From NCBI GenBank assembly GCA_963827655.1, contig CAWHCF010000041.1:64001-128000 (forward strand): 64,000 nt of DNA, read 5' to 3'. The position numbers were made by a program, and so were the translations under genes. Numbering within the stretch: the first letter of the stretch is position 1; the number at the start of each line of letters is the position of its first letter. Of the stretch, positions 31,651 to 40,997 are shown piece by piece. The notes under the pieces are model-generated. The model was not told the DNA's origin. It saw nothing but the letters and a program-made list of their open reading frames with translations, and did not search any database. The DNA is from an uncultured Acidobacteriota bacterium (GTDB lineage Bacteria; Acidobacteriota; UBA6911).

Positions 31651-32151
31651 GCTTGAAAGAGCACATCGATATGCACCCACTCGGCCAGGTCGCGATTGTT
31701 CCGGATATAACGAGGAGCCGGATCGAAGCGATCCGATCCGCGCTCGTGCCGCGCGGACCTCGACCCAGTACGAAACCAGGTAATCATCGTCAGGTACGAC
31801 GGTGCGGATCTGCTGGCTGATGGTTTGGGCGCCGAAGGGAACATCTTCCCACAGAAACTGAGAGATGTAAAGGCCGGCGACAGGCGCCGGGAGTGTTCCC
31901 TCGGAATAAGGTCGCAGGAGTCGACGGCACGGCCTTCGGTCCACGGAAATCAGAGAATCGCGACAGATCAGCTGCTGCGGCCTGGGTGAGAGGATTAGCG
32001 CCGTAATCGAGGTAATTCACGTCGCGGGTCAAAAGCCTGTCAGTAGAGTTCGGCAATCTCACCGGCTTCCTCGGCACTGTCAAAAGCCGGCGGTGGCTTC
32101 ATCGCGAGGTGATGGGAGTCGGATCCTTCAGCTCGAAGGGCAAGCGCTGCC
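31651..32151 (-). pseudogene. Decayed partial duplicate of the vanadium haloperoxidase gene
   Basis: Colinear with ~36472-36983 (e.g. LTRDVNYLDY..NPLTQAAAADLS, RYIRNNRD.AEWVHIDVLFQA) with substitutions and indels. Confidence 0.9.
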
Positions 32152-32226
32152 AGGGGATTACAAGAATACTCCGGCTAGAGGTAAGCCAACGATTCGTCGG
32201 AAAATGGCCAATGTCTACCTCACAGC

Positions 32227-34142
32227 TCATTGGATGTTGATCCGCGCCGGGTTGGCCATCTGCGCGTCGACGGTGAGGAGCACGTCTATCTCTCCGCGGC
32301 CGGCCAAGCTCCGCGGAAGCAGCAACTCTACTTGATCAATCCCAATGGAGTCCGGCTGCGCTTCGGTGGAGATCACTTCGGCATACGCACCCCCGATCGT
32401 GGCAATGACGGCCGAGAGTGAACTGCGGAACCGGATCCCGGTCCCCGACAAGATCAGGTGGATTCGATCGGTCGCGGCACCCAGATCGATCGGTCGCGGG
32501 ACGAATTTGTTTTGTTCCGCATCGAACGACGCGATTGGCTCATCAAGCGACGAGCCGTCGGCGCTAAGCCGACGCACCACAGCCGCCGCCACGCCCCGCC
32601 CGTCACCATTGGCCGTAAACAAACTCGGAGCGACTGTGTGGATCAGCGACACACCTGTGGAGACTGTTCCATCGCCGCTGGTGATGGTGACGGTCGCGGC
32701 GCCCGCGGCCGTTCCAGAAGGGATTTGGTAGCTGACTTGTGTCGGGGAGACGAACAAAAGTGGGGCGAGGCGTTCGACACCAGCGCTGTCTGTGACCTTG
32801 ACCGTAGTGCCAGCGAGTTGCACCGGCGGCGGGAGAGTGTCGGCTCGGATGCTCGCAGTGGCCAAGCTGTTGCCGAAGCCAACAACGACGCCTTCGGGCG
32901 CCAGTCCCATGATCCCGTAGCTGGCGGCCGAGACACTCGTGACCGTTCCTGACTGCGACTGCCCGAGGTCGAACAGGTCTGCGGTATCGAGCGTATTGCG
33001 CCAGTCGCAACAGCTTCCGTCGAAGCCTCCCACGATCAGGACTTTGCCGTTCGGAAGCAACGTTGCTGAATGAGCTGCGCGGTTTCTGCTGAGCGCTGTC
33101 GTAGCGATCCAGGTTTCCGTGGCCGAGTCATAAAGCTCTGCGCCAGCTACAGAGAAGTCTTCAGCATGACCCCCTGTCACCAAGACCTGTCCGTTGGCGA
33201 GTAGCGTCAACGTGTGCCCAGAGCCTACTAGGGTGGGAGCAGGTGTAGAACTCCATTCCCCGGTAGCTGGATTATACAAATGCGCTCTTCCGCCTCCCGT
33301 CACCAGGACCAGGCCACTTGCGAGCGGCGTCGCCCTCGTTCGGTCACCCTGACCAAATGCACAGCTAAAAACGGGAGAAGACGTGCTAGCGCTCCAGCGG
33401 CCTGTGGCAGGGTTGTACAGTTCCGCGACTTTGGTGCAATCCTTATTGGCAATGTACGCTGAATGGGAGCGGAGGCCAATGGTCAACACATTCCCGCTGG
33501 GAAGCAGCAAGGTATCATGAAAGGCCGGCGGCGTAGTAGGAGCTTCAGCATTGCTCCACGTCTCCGTAGCCGGGTCATATAGCTCAGCGCTGCGCACATA
33601 ATAAGGAAGACCAGTTCTGCTATCTCCGCCCCGGGTTCCTCCCACGATCAGCACGCGGCCATTCGGGAGGAGCGTCGCCGTGTGACCACTGCGGGCCGTG
33701 ATGAGTCTACTGGTTGTACGCCACCTCCCTGTGGCCGGATCGTACAATTCCGGGTTACCTGTTTCACTGCCTCCGGTAACCAGGACTTGGCCGGTTGGCA
33801 GCAGCGTCGCTGTGGTGCTACGAGAACGCGCTACGTTAAGGCTGCCGGTCGAGTGCCACGTTAATGTGTCCGGGTCGTAGATCTCAGCACTTTTTTTGGG
33901 GCCGGTTTGCCAACCTGCATTCCCGAAAATTTCCCAAGCCTCACCCCCTATCACCAGAACTCGGCCATCAGGCAGCAGCGTTGCTGTATGATACTCGCGG
34001 CCTGTGCTGAGTTTGCCGGTTGGAATCCAGCTAGGCACTCGCCTTGTTGGGCGAAGGCGTTGGGGAATGACGAAGTAACACAACACCAGCCCAGGACACA
34101 AAATCGGATGGACCAGCGGAACCGAATCAGGATGCCCAGCAT
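32227..34142 (-). CDS. Secreted kelch-repeat beta-propeller with Solibacter-type (TIGR03437-like) C-terminal domain; frameshift after the signal peptide
   Basis: Repeated R..HTATLL..G.VL..GG...AELYDP; SVSAAS, APLLFVSP.Q and PSLFTA..DGRG; GGAGG RBS and ATG 34142 give a signal peptide in another frame. Confidence 0.85.
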
Positions 34143-34270
34143 CTTCTTGCCTCCTTCCGCGTGCGGAGCGCATCGGAACCGATCCGGCGCCTGCAACAGT
34201 TAAGATAATTATACAACGGCGCGAGAGTTCGGCGTGGCCATTGGTTTTTTATACCGTGCGCAAACGTTCC

Positions 34271-34384
34271 GTAGCCGGCCTGACCGACGCGAAGCAATGG
34301 CCCACGCATTCTCATCCGAAGCTCATCGAGGTCCGCTTCGTCGATGACGGCCTTGCTGCCGGACGTGGTGGCGATCTCTATCAT
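34271..34384 (-). pseudogene. N-terminal remnant of an FAD-linked oxidase
   Basis: AAGGAG RBS; MIEIATTSGSKAVIDEADLDELRMRMRGPLLRVGQAGY fits the L...LRG.LL.PG..GY start of BBE-like oxidases, then breaks off. Confidence 0.7.
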
Positions 34385-34396
34385 TCGATCATCTCC

Positions 34397-34594
34397 TTAG
34401 CGTTCTGATGGGCTGGTCGGTGGCAGAAAACGGCCGATGAAGTCGAGGAGATCGTCCACGGAACGAAACTCTGAAGCCTCTCCGGAGACCACGTGCTCCA
34501 CCAAACCGGAAATCTCTCCAGCATCCAGGTCGACGCCGCGATAGAGCCGGAGGATGAACGAGCGATGAATCGAAAGCGCGTCCGGCTCTGTCAT
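34397..34594 (-). CDS. Small hypothetical protein (65 aa)
   Basis: Compact SFILRL...GLVEHVVSGE...FRSVDDLLDFI pattern; GAGG RBS. Confidence 0.7.
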   Translation of the reverse strand: MTEPDALSIHRSFILRLYRGVDLDAGEISGLVEHVVSGEASEFRSVDDLLDFIGRFLPPTSPSER

Positions 34595-34905
34595 TCTGCC
34601 TCATTGACTCTTTCGTGCGATTAACCTCGGGTACCTCATGCGGTGCGCACTATACAAAACAGTGGTTGGCAAAGATCCAGGTGAAACTGTGTTCAACCTC
34701 ATTCGGCTCTTCAGGCGTCCTTCTCCCAGAGGAAAAAGGACGCCCCGGCAGAGAGCCGTGAATTCACGGCGCCCAGCGAAACTCGAGGTGGTTCTCCGCC
34801 AGCCATCCCGCAGCGGCGCGGCCCAGGGCCAGCCCGCGGCTGGTTGCTCGTCGGCTAGAAAGTGGCCTACACTTTTCGTCCCCGTTGATTCCCTTTGGGC
34901 TGCGA

Positions 34906-35586
34906 CTACAGTACCGGCATCCCCTGCTGGAATATAAAGGCCGCCTGAAAAACCCAGGTGTGCTCAGGGCCTGGAAGGGGACCGTAGGTCATGCCATCGA
35001 TGTGGTAGACCAAAACCACGTGAACCTGGAAATTTTCCAGCCAGCAAGGCCCTATGCTTCCCTCGCCCGAGAGGGGTCCTGCCGGATTTGTTACCGAAAG
35101 CTGGCCTTCGCCGGCTTCGCTCGCGGTAAAGAAGTTCTGGATAGGATCGAGCCGACCGGCCCCGCCCCAGGCAATGAGCGGGGGATCAGTCGGGGCAAAG
35201 ATGAACAACCACACAGTGTAGACACCTTTCGGGACGAGCCCGCTAAAGTGCACAGTGGTTTTGGTCCCCTGGTTGATGCAATGGATCCCGGCCCTGCCTT
35301 CAGGAGTCAGGAATTCGCCGAATGTCAACTGGTGGCCGTCGGGCGCAAGGACCGGTAGTCGGACGCCCATAGGGTCGGGGCTACTATTAAAGATGAGGGT
35401 GCCCGCAGGCGTAGACATGGTAATAGGATTACCCATCCCGTCTACGATCGTTCCCAAGCCTGTCCCCAAGACTGGCTTGAGGTTGTCGTTGCGGATCGGA
35501 GCATCGGCTCTTATTGCCAGCGGAACCAGCATCAGAGCTGAAAGCATCACGACGGCACTCAGGTTCGCGATAGCGCGCTTTTTCAT
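34906..35586 (-). CDS. Secreted hypothetical protein
   Basis: AAGGAG RBS, signal peptide MKKRAIANL...AIRA; GLVPKGVYTVW and HVVLVYH.DG.TYG..PG motifs. Confidence 0.8.
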   Translation of the reverse strand: MKKRAIANLSAVVMLSALMLVPLAIRADAPIRNDNLKPVLGTGLGTIVDGMGNPITMSTPAGTLIFNSSPDPMGVRLPVLAPDGHQLTFGEFLTPEGRAGIHCINQGTKTTVHFSGLVPKGVYTVWLFIFAPTDPPLIAWGGAGRLDPIQNFFTASEAGEGQLSVTNPAGPLSGEGSIGPCWLENFQVHVVLVYHIDGMTYGPLPGPEHTWVFQAAFIFQQGMPVL

Positions 35587-35758
35587 AGGGTCTCCTTTTT
35601 GGTGATGGCCGGGATCTGGCCCGGCCGATTTCATTTGATCTTGTAAACACTGCGTCAAGACAACTCTGCTTCTTTGAATTCGATTTGTTTCCACGGCATG
35701 AAAGAACCGAGATGTCCTTCCGGCCATCTTCGAAACAGCGCCGAATTGCCCCTCGCTG

Positions 35759-37481
35759 TCACACTGTAATGGTGATGCCGTCGAACCTGGTCAGCGAGAA
35801 CCCGCCGAATTGCTCGTTAAACACTGCGCTGTGATCGGTCAGGACATTGATGGCAACGGCTTCGCCCAGCTTGAGCGACTCGGCATAATCGGAGCGCCAG
35901 TGAATGCCGGCGGCATTGCGTCCCATGGCAATGTTTGCGGCAAGTTTGTTCAAGCTCGCCACCGACCGTGAGGCTCGGCCCGCTATAAGGAACCAGCCCG
36001 AGCACCATCGGCGGTCGGGACAACCGGATTGGGAATGACAAACGATTCATCGAACCACGCCTTCAGAATCGTCACGCAGGCGCCCGCCACAGTGGCATGG
36101 CCGGCGCCGTAGGCGGGATGAGTGGGCGATCCTTCCGGAAAGGCTTGCGGTAAGAGATAAGTTCCGTTTTCTAGAAAGACGGCATCGAGCGCCGCCGAAT
36201 TCAGGATATCGGAATGGATCGGGTAGGTTGCGGCGCGGGTCACGTGGTTATGGATGCGTCCGCCGAAGGCCTCGGGCCGAAGACGCCGGTGCACGGACCA
36301 CTTCTGATACCAGACGGACTTGAGCGCGCAGGTCGCTACGGCACAGACCAGGCTCGCGATGTGCGGGCCGCCGAAGGTGCCAAAGCCGATCTGGGTGCGT
36401 GAATTCGCGTACGGATTGCGCGCGTCAAAAGGTGCTCCCATGCCGAACAGAATGAGCATGGCATTGAAGTAGGCCTGAAAGAGCACATCGATATGAACCC
36501 ACTCGGCCATGTCGCGGTTGTTCCGGATATAGCGAGGAACCGGATCGAAGCGATTCGATCCGCGCTCGGCGCCGCGCTGAACCTCGAGCCAGTCGTTGTA
36601 CGAAACCAGGTAATCATCGTCAGGAACGACGGTGCGGATCCGCTGGCTGATGGTTTGGGCGCCGAAGGGAACATCCTTCCAGAGAAACTGGGAGATGTAA
36701 GGGCCGGCGACGTCGCCTGGAGTGTTACCTCGGAATAAGGTCGCAGGAGTGACACTGCCGCCGGCCTTCGGTCCACGGAAATCAGAGAAGAAGCGACAGA
36801 TCAGCTGCTGCGGCCTGGGTGAGAGGATTGGTGCTGTAATCGAGGTAATTCACGTCGCGGGTCAAAGCCTGCCAGTAGAGCTCCCCTATTTCGCTGGCTT
36901 CCTCGGCATTGTCAAAGGCCGGCGGAGGTTTCATCGCGAGATGATGGGAATCGGATCCTTCGAGTTCGAAGGCGAGCGACGCCTGCGGATTGACGAGCTT
37001 GACTGTCCCACCGAGAACGATCGCTTCAAAATCGGAAGATCTGCCGGTGGTCAAGGCTCGAAGCAAGGAGTTGTAAGCATTGAGATCAACTTCTCCGAGA
37101 TTGTTATGCGGCAGAGCCTTGGAGTAACTGGCGATCCGGTTTGGATAGAGTTCTTCGTCGCCATTGGTTGGGTGGTCGGGAAGCGGCAGGTTCTTGTGGA
37201 AAAGGGCGGCCTCGTGGCGAATCTGATAGGCGCTATTGCGGCGCTGCTGCGGATTTTCGGGACCGATTTCCGCGGCCTCGGCGGCTCTTGTATCCAGGAG
37301 CGCTGGCAAGCCTACAGTACCGGCCCCCATCGCAGCCGCAGTAAGAGCCACCGAGCCGACCAAGGAATCGACGCCTTGTGTGTTTGCGAAAGGGAAAAGC
37401 GGATGCGCGATCAACCGCTGGATCTTCCCGGTAAGACTGCGTGTTTGCTGGCGGTTTCAGATGAGCCGTTCTCGGATTCAT
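35759..37481 (-). CDS. Tat-exported vanadium-dependent haloperoxidase (algal/cyanobacterial VBPO type); four +1 indels
   Basis: TRRRFLG Tat motif; K..WYQKW..HRRLRPE, PEGSPTHPAYGAGHA and ELNKLA.NIA.GRN.AGIHWRSD; indels near 37350, 36790, 36004 and 35954. Confidence 0.88.
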
Positions 37482-37695
37482 AGGTACCCCCTTATCGTGT
37501 TTCATGTCTGCACTGATATCATTGAAAAATCTCGTTAGGACGAAGCCAGAAATCCTGCCTCACCGCAGCGCGGTCGACGACGCCGCTGTGAAGCGCGCGA
37601 ATAGCCGGAGGCGGTCTGAAGTCTGGCGATTCTGGTCTCTCACCGTTTTCCTTGTGCAATACTCTCGTCGAATCGTTTAACACGAGGGACGGGTG

Positions 37696-37754
37696 AAGTC
37701 CTGAGGCAGTTCTGAAGAAGTTCTGAGAAGTTCATGCGCCGTGCGCATGAACTT
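37696..37754. promoter_or_regulatory. Helically phased direct repeats plus a perfect 12-bp inverted repeat between the haloperoxidase and regulator genes
   Basis: AAGTCCTGAGG, CAGTTCTGAAG and AAGTTCTGAGA at 37696, 37707 and 37718; AAGTTCATGCGC-CGT-GCGCATGAACTT at 37728-37754. Confidence 0.6.
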
Positions 37755-37762
37755 GACGAGAC

Positions 37763-40711
37763 ATGCGAAAGCCACGTTATTTTGTGTTCGAACCGTTCCG
37801 TCTCGACGTGCTTGACGAGCGGTTGTGGGAGCGCGAAAAGTGTGTCCCACTAGGGCACAAGGCGATTGCGGTACTGGAGTGTCTGCTTAGCCAGGCTGGC
37901 CAGCTGGTCACGAAGGATGACCTTCTGACGACGGCGTGGCCGGACACGGCGGTTGGCGAGGCGGTCCTGACGACCGCGATGCGGGAAATCCGCCAGGCGC
38001 TCGGCGATCAGGCCCGGATTCCTCGCTTCATCCAGACCGTCCACGGCCGCGGCTATCGCTTCATCGCGGCCGTCACTGAGACCAGCGTTCCCGCGCTCCG
38101 TACCAGGTCGGCCCGACTTGCGACCGAGGCCCACCCCCTCGCAACCTTCCATCATCCGCACGTGGCCGCCTCGAGCCTGGTTGGCCGTGAAGCGGAGTGG
38201 GCGCAACTGCACGAATGGTACGCGACGACGCTCGAGGGGAAGCGCCGGATCGGATTCGTCGCGGGCGAAGCCGGCATCGGAAAGACTGTGCTGGTGGAGG
38301 CGTTCGTTTCTGAAATAGCGGCGCAGGGAGAGGCGCGGGTCGGCCGTGGGCAATGCGTCCAGCAATACGGCGCCGGTGAGGCGTACTTGCCGATCGTGGA
38401 GGCTCTCGGACGGCTCGCACGTGACGGCGGTGCGCCCATCGTCGAACTCTTCCGCCACTATGCCCCAAGCTGGCTGATGCACCTGCCTTCGCTGGCGCCC
38501 GGCGAGGAATTCCAGGCGCCCACTCCGGTGACTCCGGAGAGAATGCTTCGGGAGCTGGCGGACGCTCTCGAGTTTCTCACTGCGCGCGATGCCCTGATCC
38601 TCGTCCTGGAAGATCTTCACTGGAGCGACACAGCGACCCTGGAATGGCTCGCCTACATCGCCCGACGCCGTGATCCGGCGCGTCTGATGATCGTGGGCAC
38701 CTACCGTCCGTTTGAGGTCCTGCTCCACAAGCACCCGCTGCGAAGCCTTACCGCCGAACTCCGGCCCTATCCGCAGTGTCCCGAGCTTGTGCTGGACTAT
38801 CTCTCGCGCGAGGCGGTCCATGACTACGTTCTACAACGATGTGGCCGGATTCCCCGGATGAACGAACTCGCGGAAGTGCTCCACCGCCGGACGGGAGGCC
38901 ACCCACTGTTTCTAACAACCATCGTGGACGAACTAGTACTCCAGAAACTCCTGGCGGGGGCTGATGGCGCCGGATTTGCAGGCGTTGACCCCCAGGCGAT
39001 CGCAAGTGTGATTCCGGCGAGTGTGCGTCAGTTTATCGAATACCGCTTCGAACAATTGTCCAGTGAAGAGCAGACCATTCTCGAAGCGTCGAGCGTGGCG
39101 GGAGACCCTTTCTCCGTCGCAGCCGTGGCCGCCGCCACATCCTTGCCGGAAGAAACCATCGAAGCATGCTGTGAGGCCTGGGCGCGTGCCGGCCAGTTTC
39201 TGACCGCCGGCGGCACCGTGACGTGGCCGGACGGAACGCTGGCCGCGCGCTATGGTTTTCGCCACGACCTCTTCCGCGAGGTAGTATACGCGCGTATCTC
39301 TCCGGAGCGGCGCGCGCGTCTACACCAGCGAATCGGCAGTCGTCTGGAAAGCGCCTACGGGAAGCGAGCGGCCACGATCGCCGCCGAGCTCGCAATGCAC
39401 TTCGACCAGGGTCGCGATCCCGGAAGCGCTGTGTTGTATCTTGAGCAGGCCGCCCGGAACGCCCTCGACCGGTCGGCGTATTCCGAAGCCGGCCGGCACC
39501 TCAACCGCGGACAGGATCTGCTGAAGGCGCTTCCCGAAGGCCGCGCGCGCCTCCAATCCGAGCTCGAGCTGTCTTTCCTGCTTGGCAAGGTACTCATGGC
39601 GACAAAGGGTTGGGGCGTCGCGGAAGTTGAGCGCGTCTTCGGCCGGACACGCGCCCTTTGCAAGGAGCTCAAAGACGAGTCCCGTTACCTCCAGGCGACG
39701 TGGGGATTAATGTGGTGTTGTGGGCGAGCCACGTTCGGGAAGACACAAGCAATGTGCCGGGAGATGCTCGCTCTGGCGCAGAAGCGGCGGGACCCGATCT
39801 TCCAGGTGGTTGCCCATATGGAACTCGGCGGCACAGCCTACACGCTCGGGGACCTCACCCTCGCTCGCAAGCACTTCCAACAGGCCGATGTCCTCTACAA
39901 CCCGCGCCAGCACCCATCCTACATCGCTCGCGTCGGTGTGGACGTAGGGCTGTTTTCCCGCAGTTGGGAGACTCATTTTCTATGGCACAGGGGCTACCCG
40001 GATCGAGCTCGCGCCAAGGCCGAGGAGACGCTGAATCTGGCCCGTCAGCTCTCTCATCCCCTCACTCAGGCGATCACGCTGGCGTACATGACGATGCTGA
40101 ATCAATTCCAACGGGATGTCGTTGAGACCGATCGGCTGGCGCAAGCCACGATCACCTACACGACCGAGCACGGATTTCCGTACTATCTCGCGTGGGCGGA
40201 GGTACTACAGGGCTGGAGCGTTGCCGTGCGAGGTGCTTCTGAGGAGGGCATCACAAAGATTCGGCGCGGCATCGAGGTGCTGCAAACGATGACGGGTTTG
40301 CGGTTGCCATATTATCGCGCTCTGCTCGCCGAGGCCTGCGGATGTAACGGTCGGATCGCCGAGGCGCTTGAGATGCTGGCCGATGCATTTGACGAAGTTG
40401 AGAAAACCGGGGATCGCTGCTGGGAGGCCGAGCTTCACCGGCTTCGGGGAGAGCTACTTCGGTCCGAGGTGATGAATCGGGATGACGAGGCCGAGGCCTG
40501 TTTCCAGACGGCGATCAAGGTAGCTCGCGGTCAACAGGCAAAATCGCTTGAATTACGCGCGGCGGTCAGCCTCGGACGATTGTGGCGCGACAAAGGCAAG
40601 GGGGCCCAGGCGCGTCAGCTGTTGGCAAAGGTCTATAACTGGTTTACCGAGGGGTTCGAGACGCACGACCTGAGAGATGCGCGGTCGCTTCTTGCGGAAC
40701 TCGAGTCTTAG
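37763..40711 (+). CDS. Winged-HTH (OmpR/CadC-type) + AAA_16 NTPase + TPR transcriptional regulator
   Basis: FRLD..GQLVTKDDLL...W...FIQTVHGRGYRF; LVGRE.E, GEAGIGKT, LEDLHW and GGHPLF; C-terminal AKSLELRAA...FTEGFET.DL. Confidence 0.93.
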   Translation: MRKPRYFVFEPFRLDVLDERLWEREKCVPLGHKAIAVLECLLSQAGQLVTKDDLLTTAWPDTAVGEAVLTTAMREIRQALGDQARIPRFIQTVHGRGYRFIAAVTETSVPALRTRSARLATEAHPLATFHHPHVAASSLVGREAEWAQLHEWYATTLEGKRRIGFVAGEAGIGKTVLVEAFVSEIAAQGEARVGRGQCVQQYGAGEAYLPIVEALGRLARDGGAPIVELFRHYAPSWLMHLPSLAPGEEFQAPTPVTPERMLRELADALEFLTARDALILVLEDLHWSDTATLEWLAYIARRRDPARLMIVGTYRPFEVLLHKHPLRSLTAELRPYPQCPELVLDYLSREAVHDYVLQRCGRIPRMNELAEVLHRRTGGHPLFLTTIVDELVLQKLLAGADGAGFAGVDPQAIASVIPASVRQFIEYRFEQLSSEEQTILEASSVAGDPFSVAAVAAATSLPEETIEACCEAWARAGQFLTAGGTVTWPDGTLAARYGFRHDLFREVVYARISPERRARLHQRIGSRLESAYGKRAATIAAELAMHFDQGRDPGSAVLYLEQAARNALDRSAYSEAGRHLNRGQDLLKALPEGRARLQSELELSFLLGKVLMATKGWGVAEVERVFGRTRALCKELKDESRYLQATWGLMWCCGRATFGKTQAMCREMLALAQKRRDPIFQVVAHMELGGTAYTLGDLTLARKHFQQADVLYNPRQHPSYIARVGVDVGLFSRSWETHFLWHRGYPDRARAKAEETLNLARQLSHPLTQAITLAYMTMLNQFQRDVVETDRLAQATITYTTEHGFPYYLAWAEVLQGWSVAVRGASEEGITKIRRGIEVLQTMTGLRLPYYRALLAEACGCNGRIAEALEMLADAFDEVEKTGDRCWEAELHRLRGELLRSEVMNRDDEAEACFQTAIKVARGQQAKSLELRAAVSLGRLWRDKGKGAQARQLLAKVYNWFTEGFETHDLRDARSLLAELES

Positions 40712-40864
40712 GGCTCGCGCAGAAATAACTTCACATTCTGGCGCGAGGGTCGGTGGTCAATCATGGACCGGTTTCCGTTCGACAAGCACGCTGAGGATCG
40801 CGCCCCTCCGGGCTGCGGGCCTGGGTGCTGCAGCAGGATGCCGAACCTATTTCTGCGCGAACCC
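40711..40864 (+). mobile_element. MITE, 154 bp, TTA target duplication
   Basis: TTA|GGGCTCGCGCAGAAATA ... TATTTCTGCGCGAACCC|TTA; the left junction forms the regulator's TAG stop. Confidence 0.88.
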
Positions 40865-40937
40865 TTAGTCCCGCGTCGGGCGCAGAAGCTTGCTTGCCCT
40901 TGGTTAATCGCTGAAGGCGGCAACCCTTTGTGCAAGC

Positions 40938-40978
40938 TTCCTGGTGTTTCTTCGTGTCTTTGAGTCTTGGTGGTATTG
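40938..40978 (-). repeat. ACACGAAG-family repeat (reverse orientation)
   Basis: Reverse complement CAATACCACCAAGACTCAAAGACACGAAGAAACACCAGGAA matches the 10050, 11488 and 14184 copies. Confidence 0.8.
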
Positions 40979-40997
40979 GTTTCGGGGAGTCGGGCCG

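Noticed and set aside
31651-36983. Duplicated haloperoxidase segment as a DGR template/variable repeat pair
   Set aside because: Differences are not adenine-specific and include indels, and no reverse transcriptase is in the window.
35759-37481. Programmed frameshifting in the haloperoxidase
   Set aside because: Four separate +1 indels without slippery heptamers fit error or decay better.
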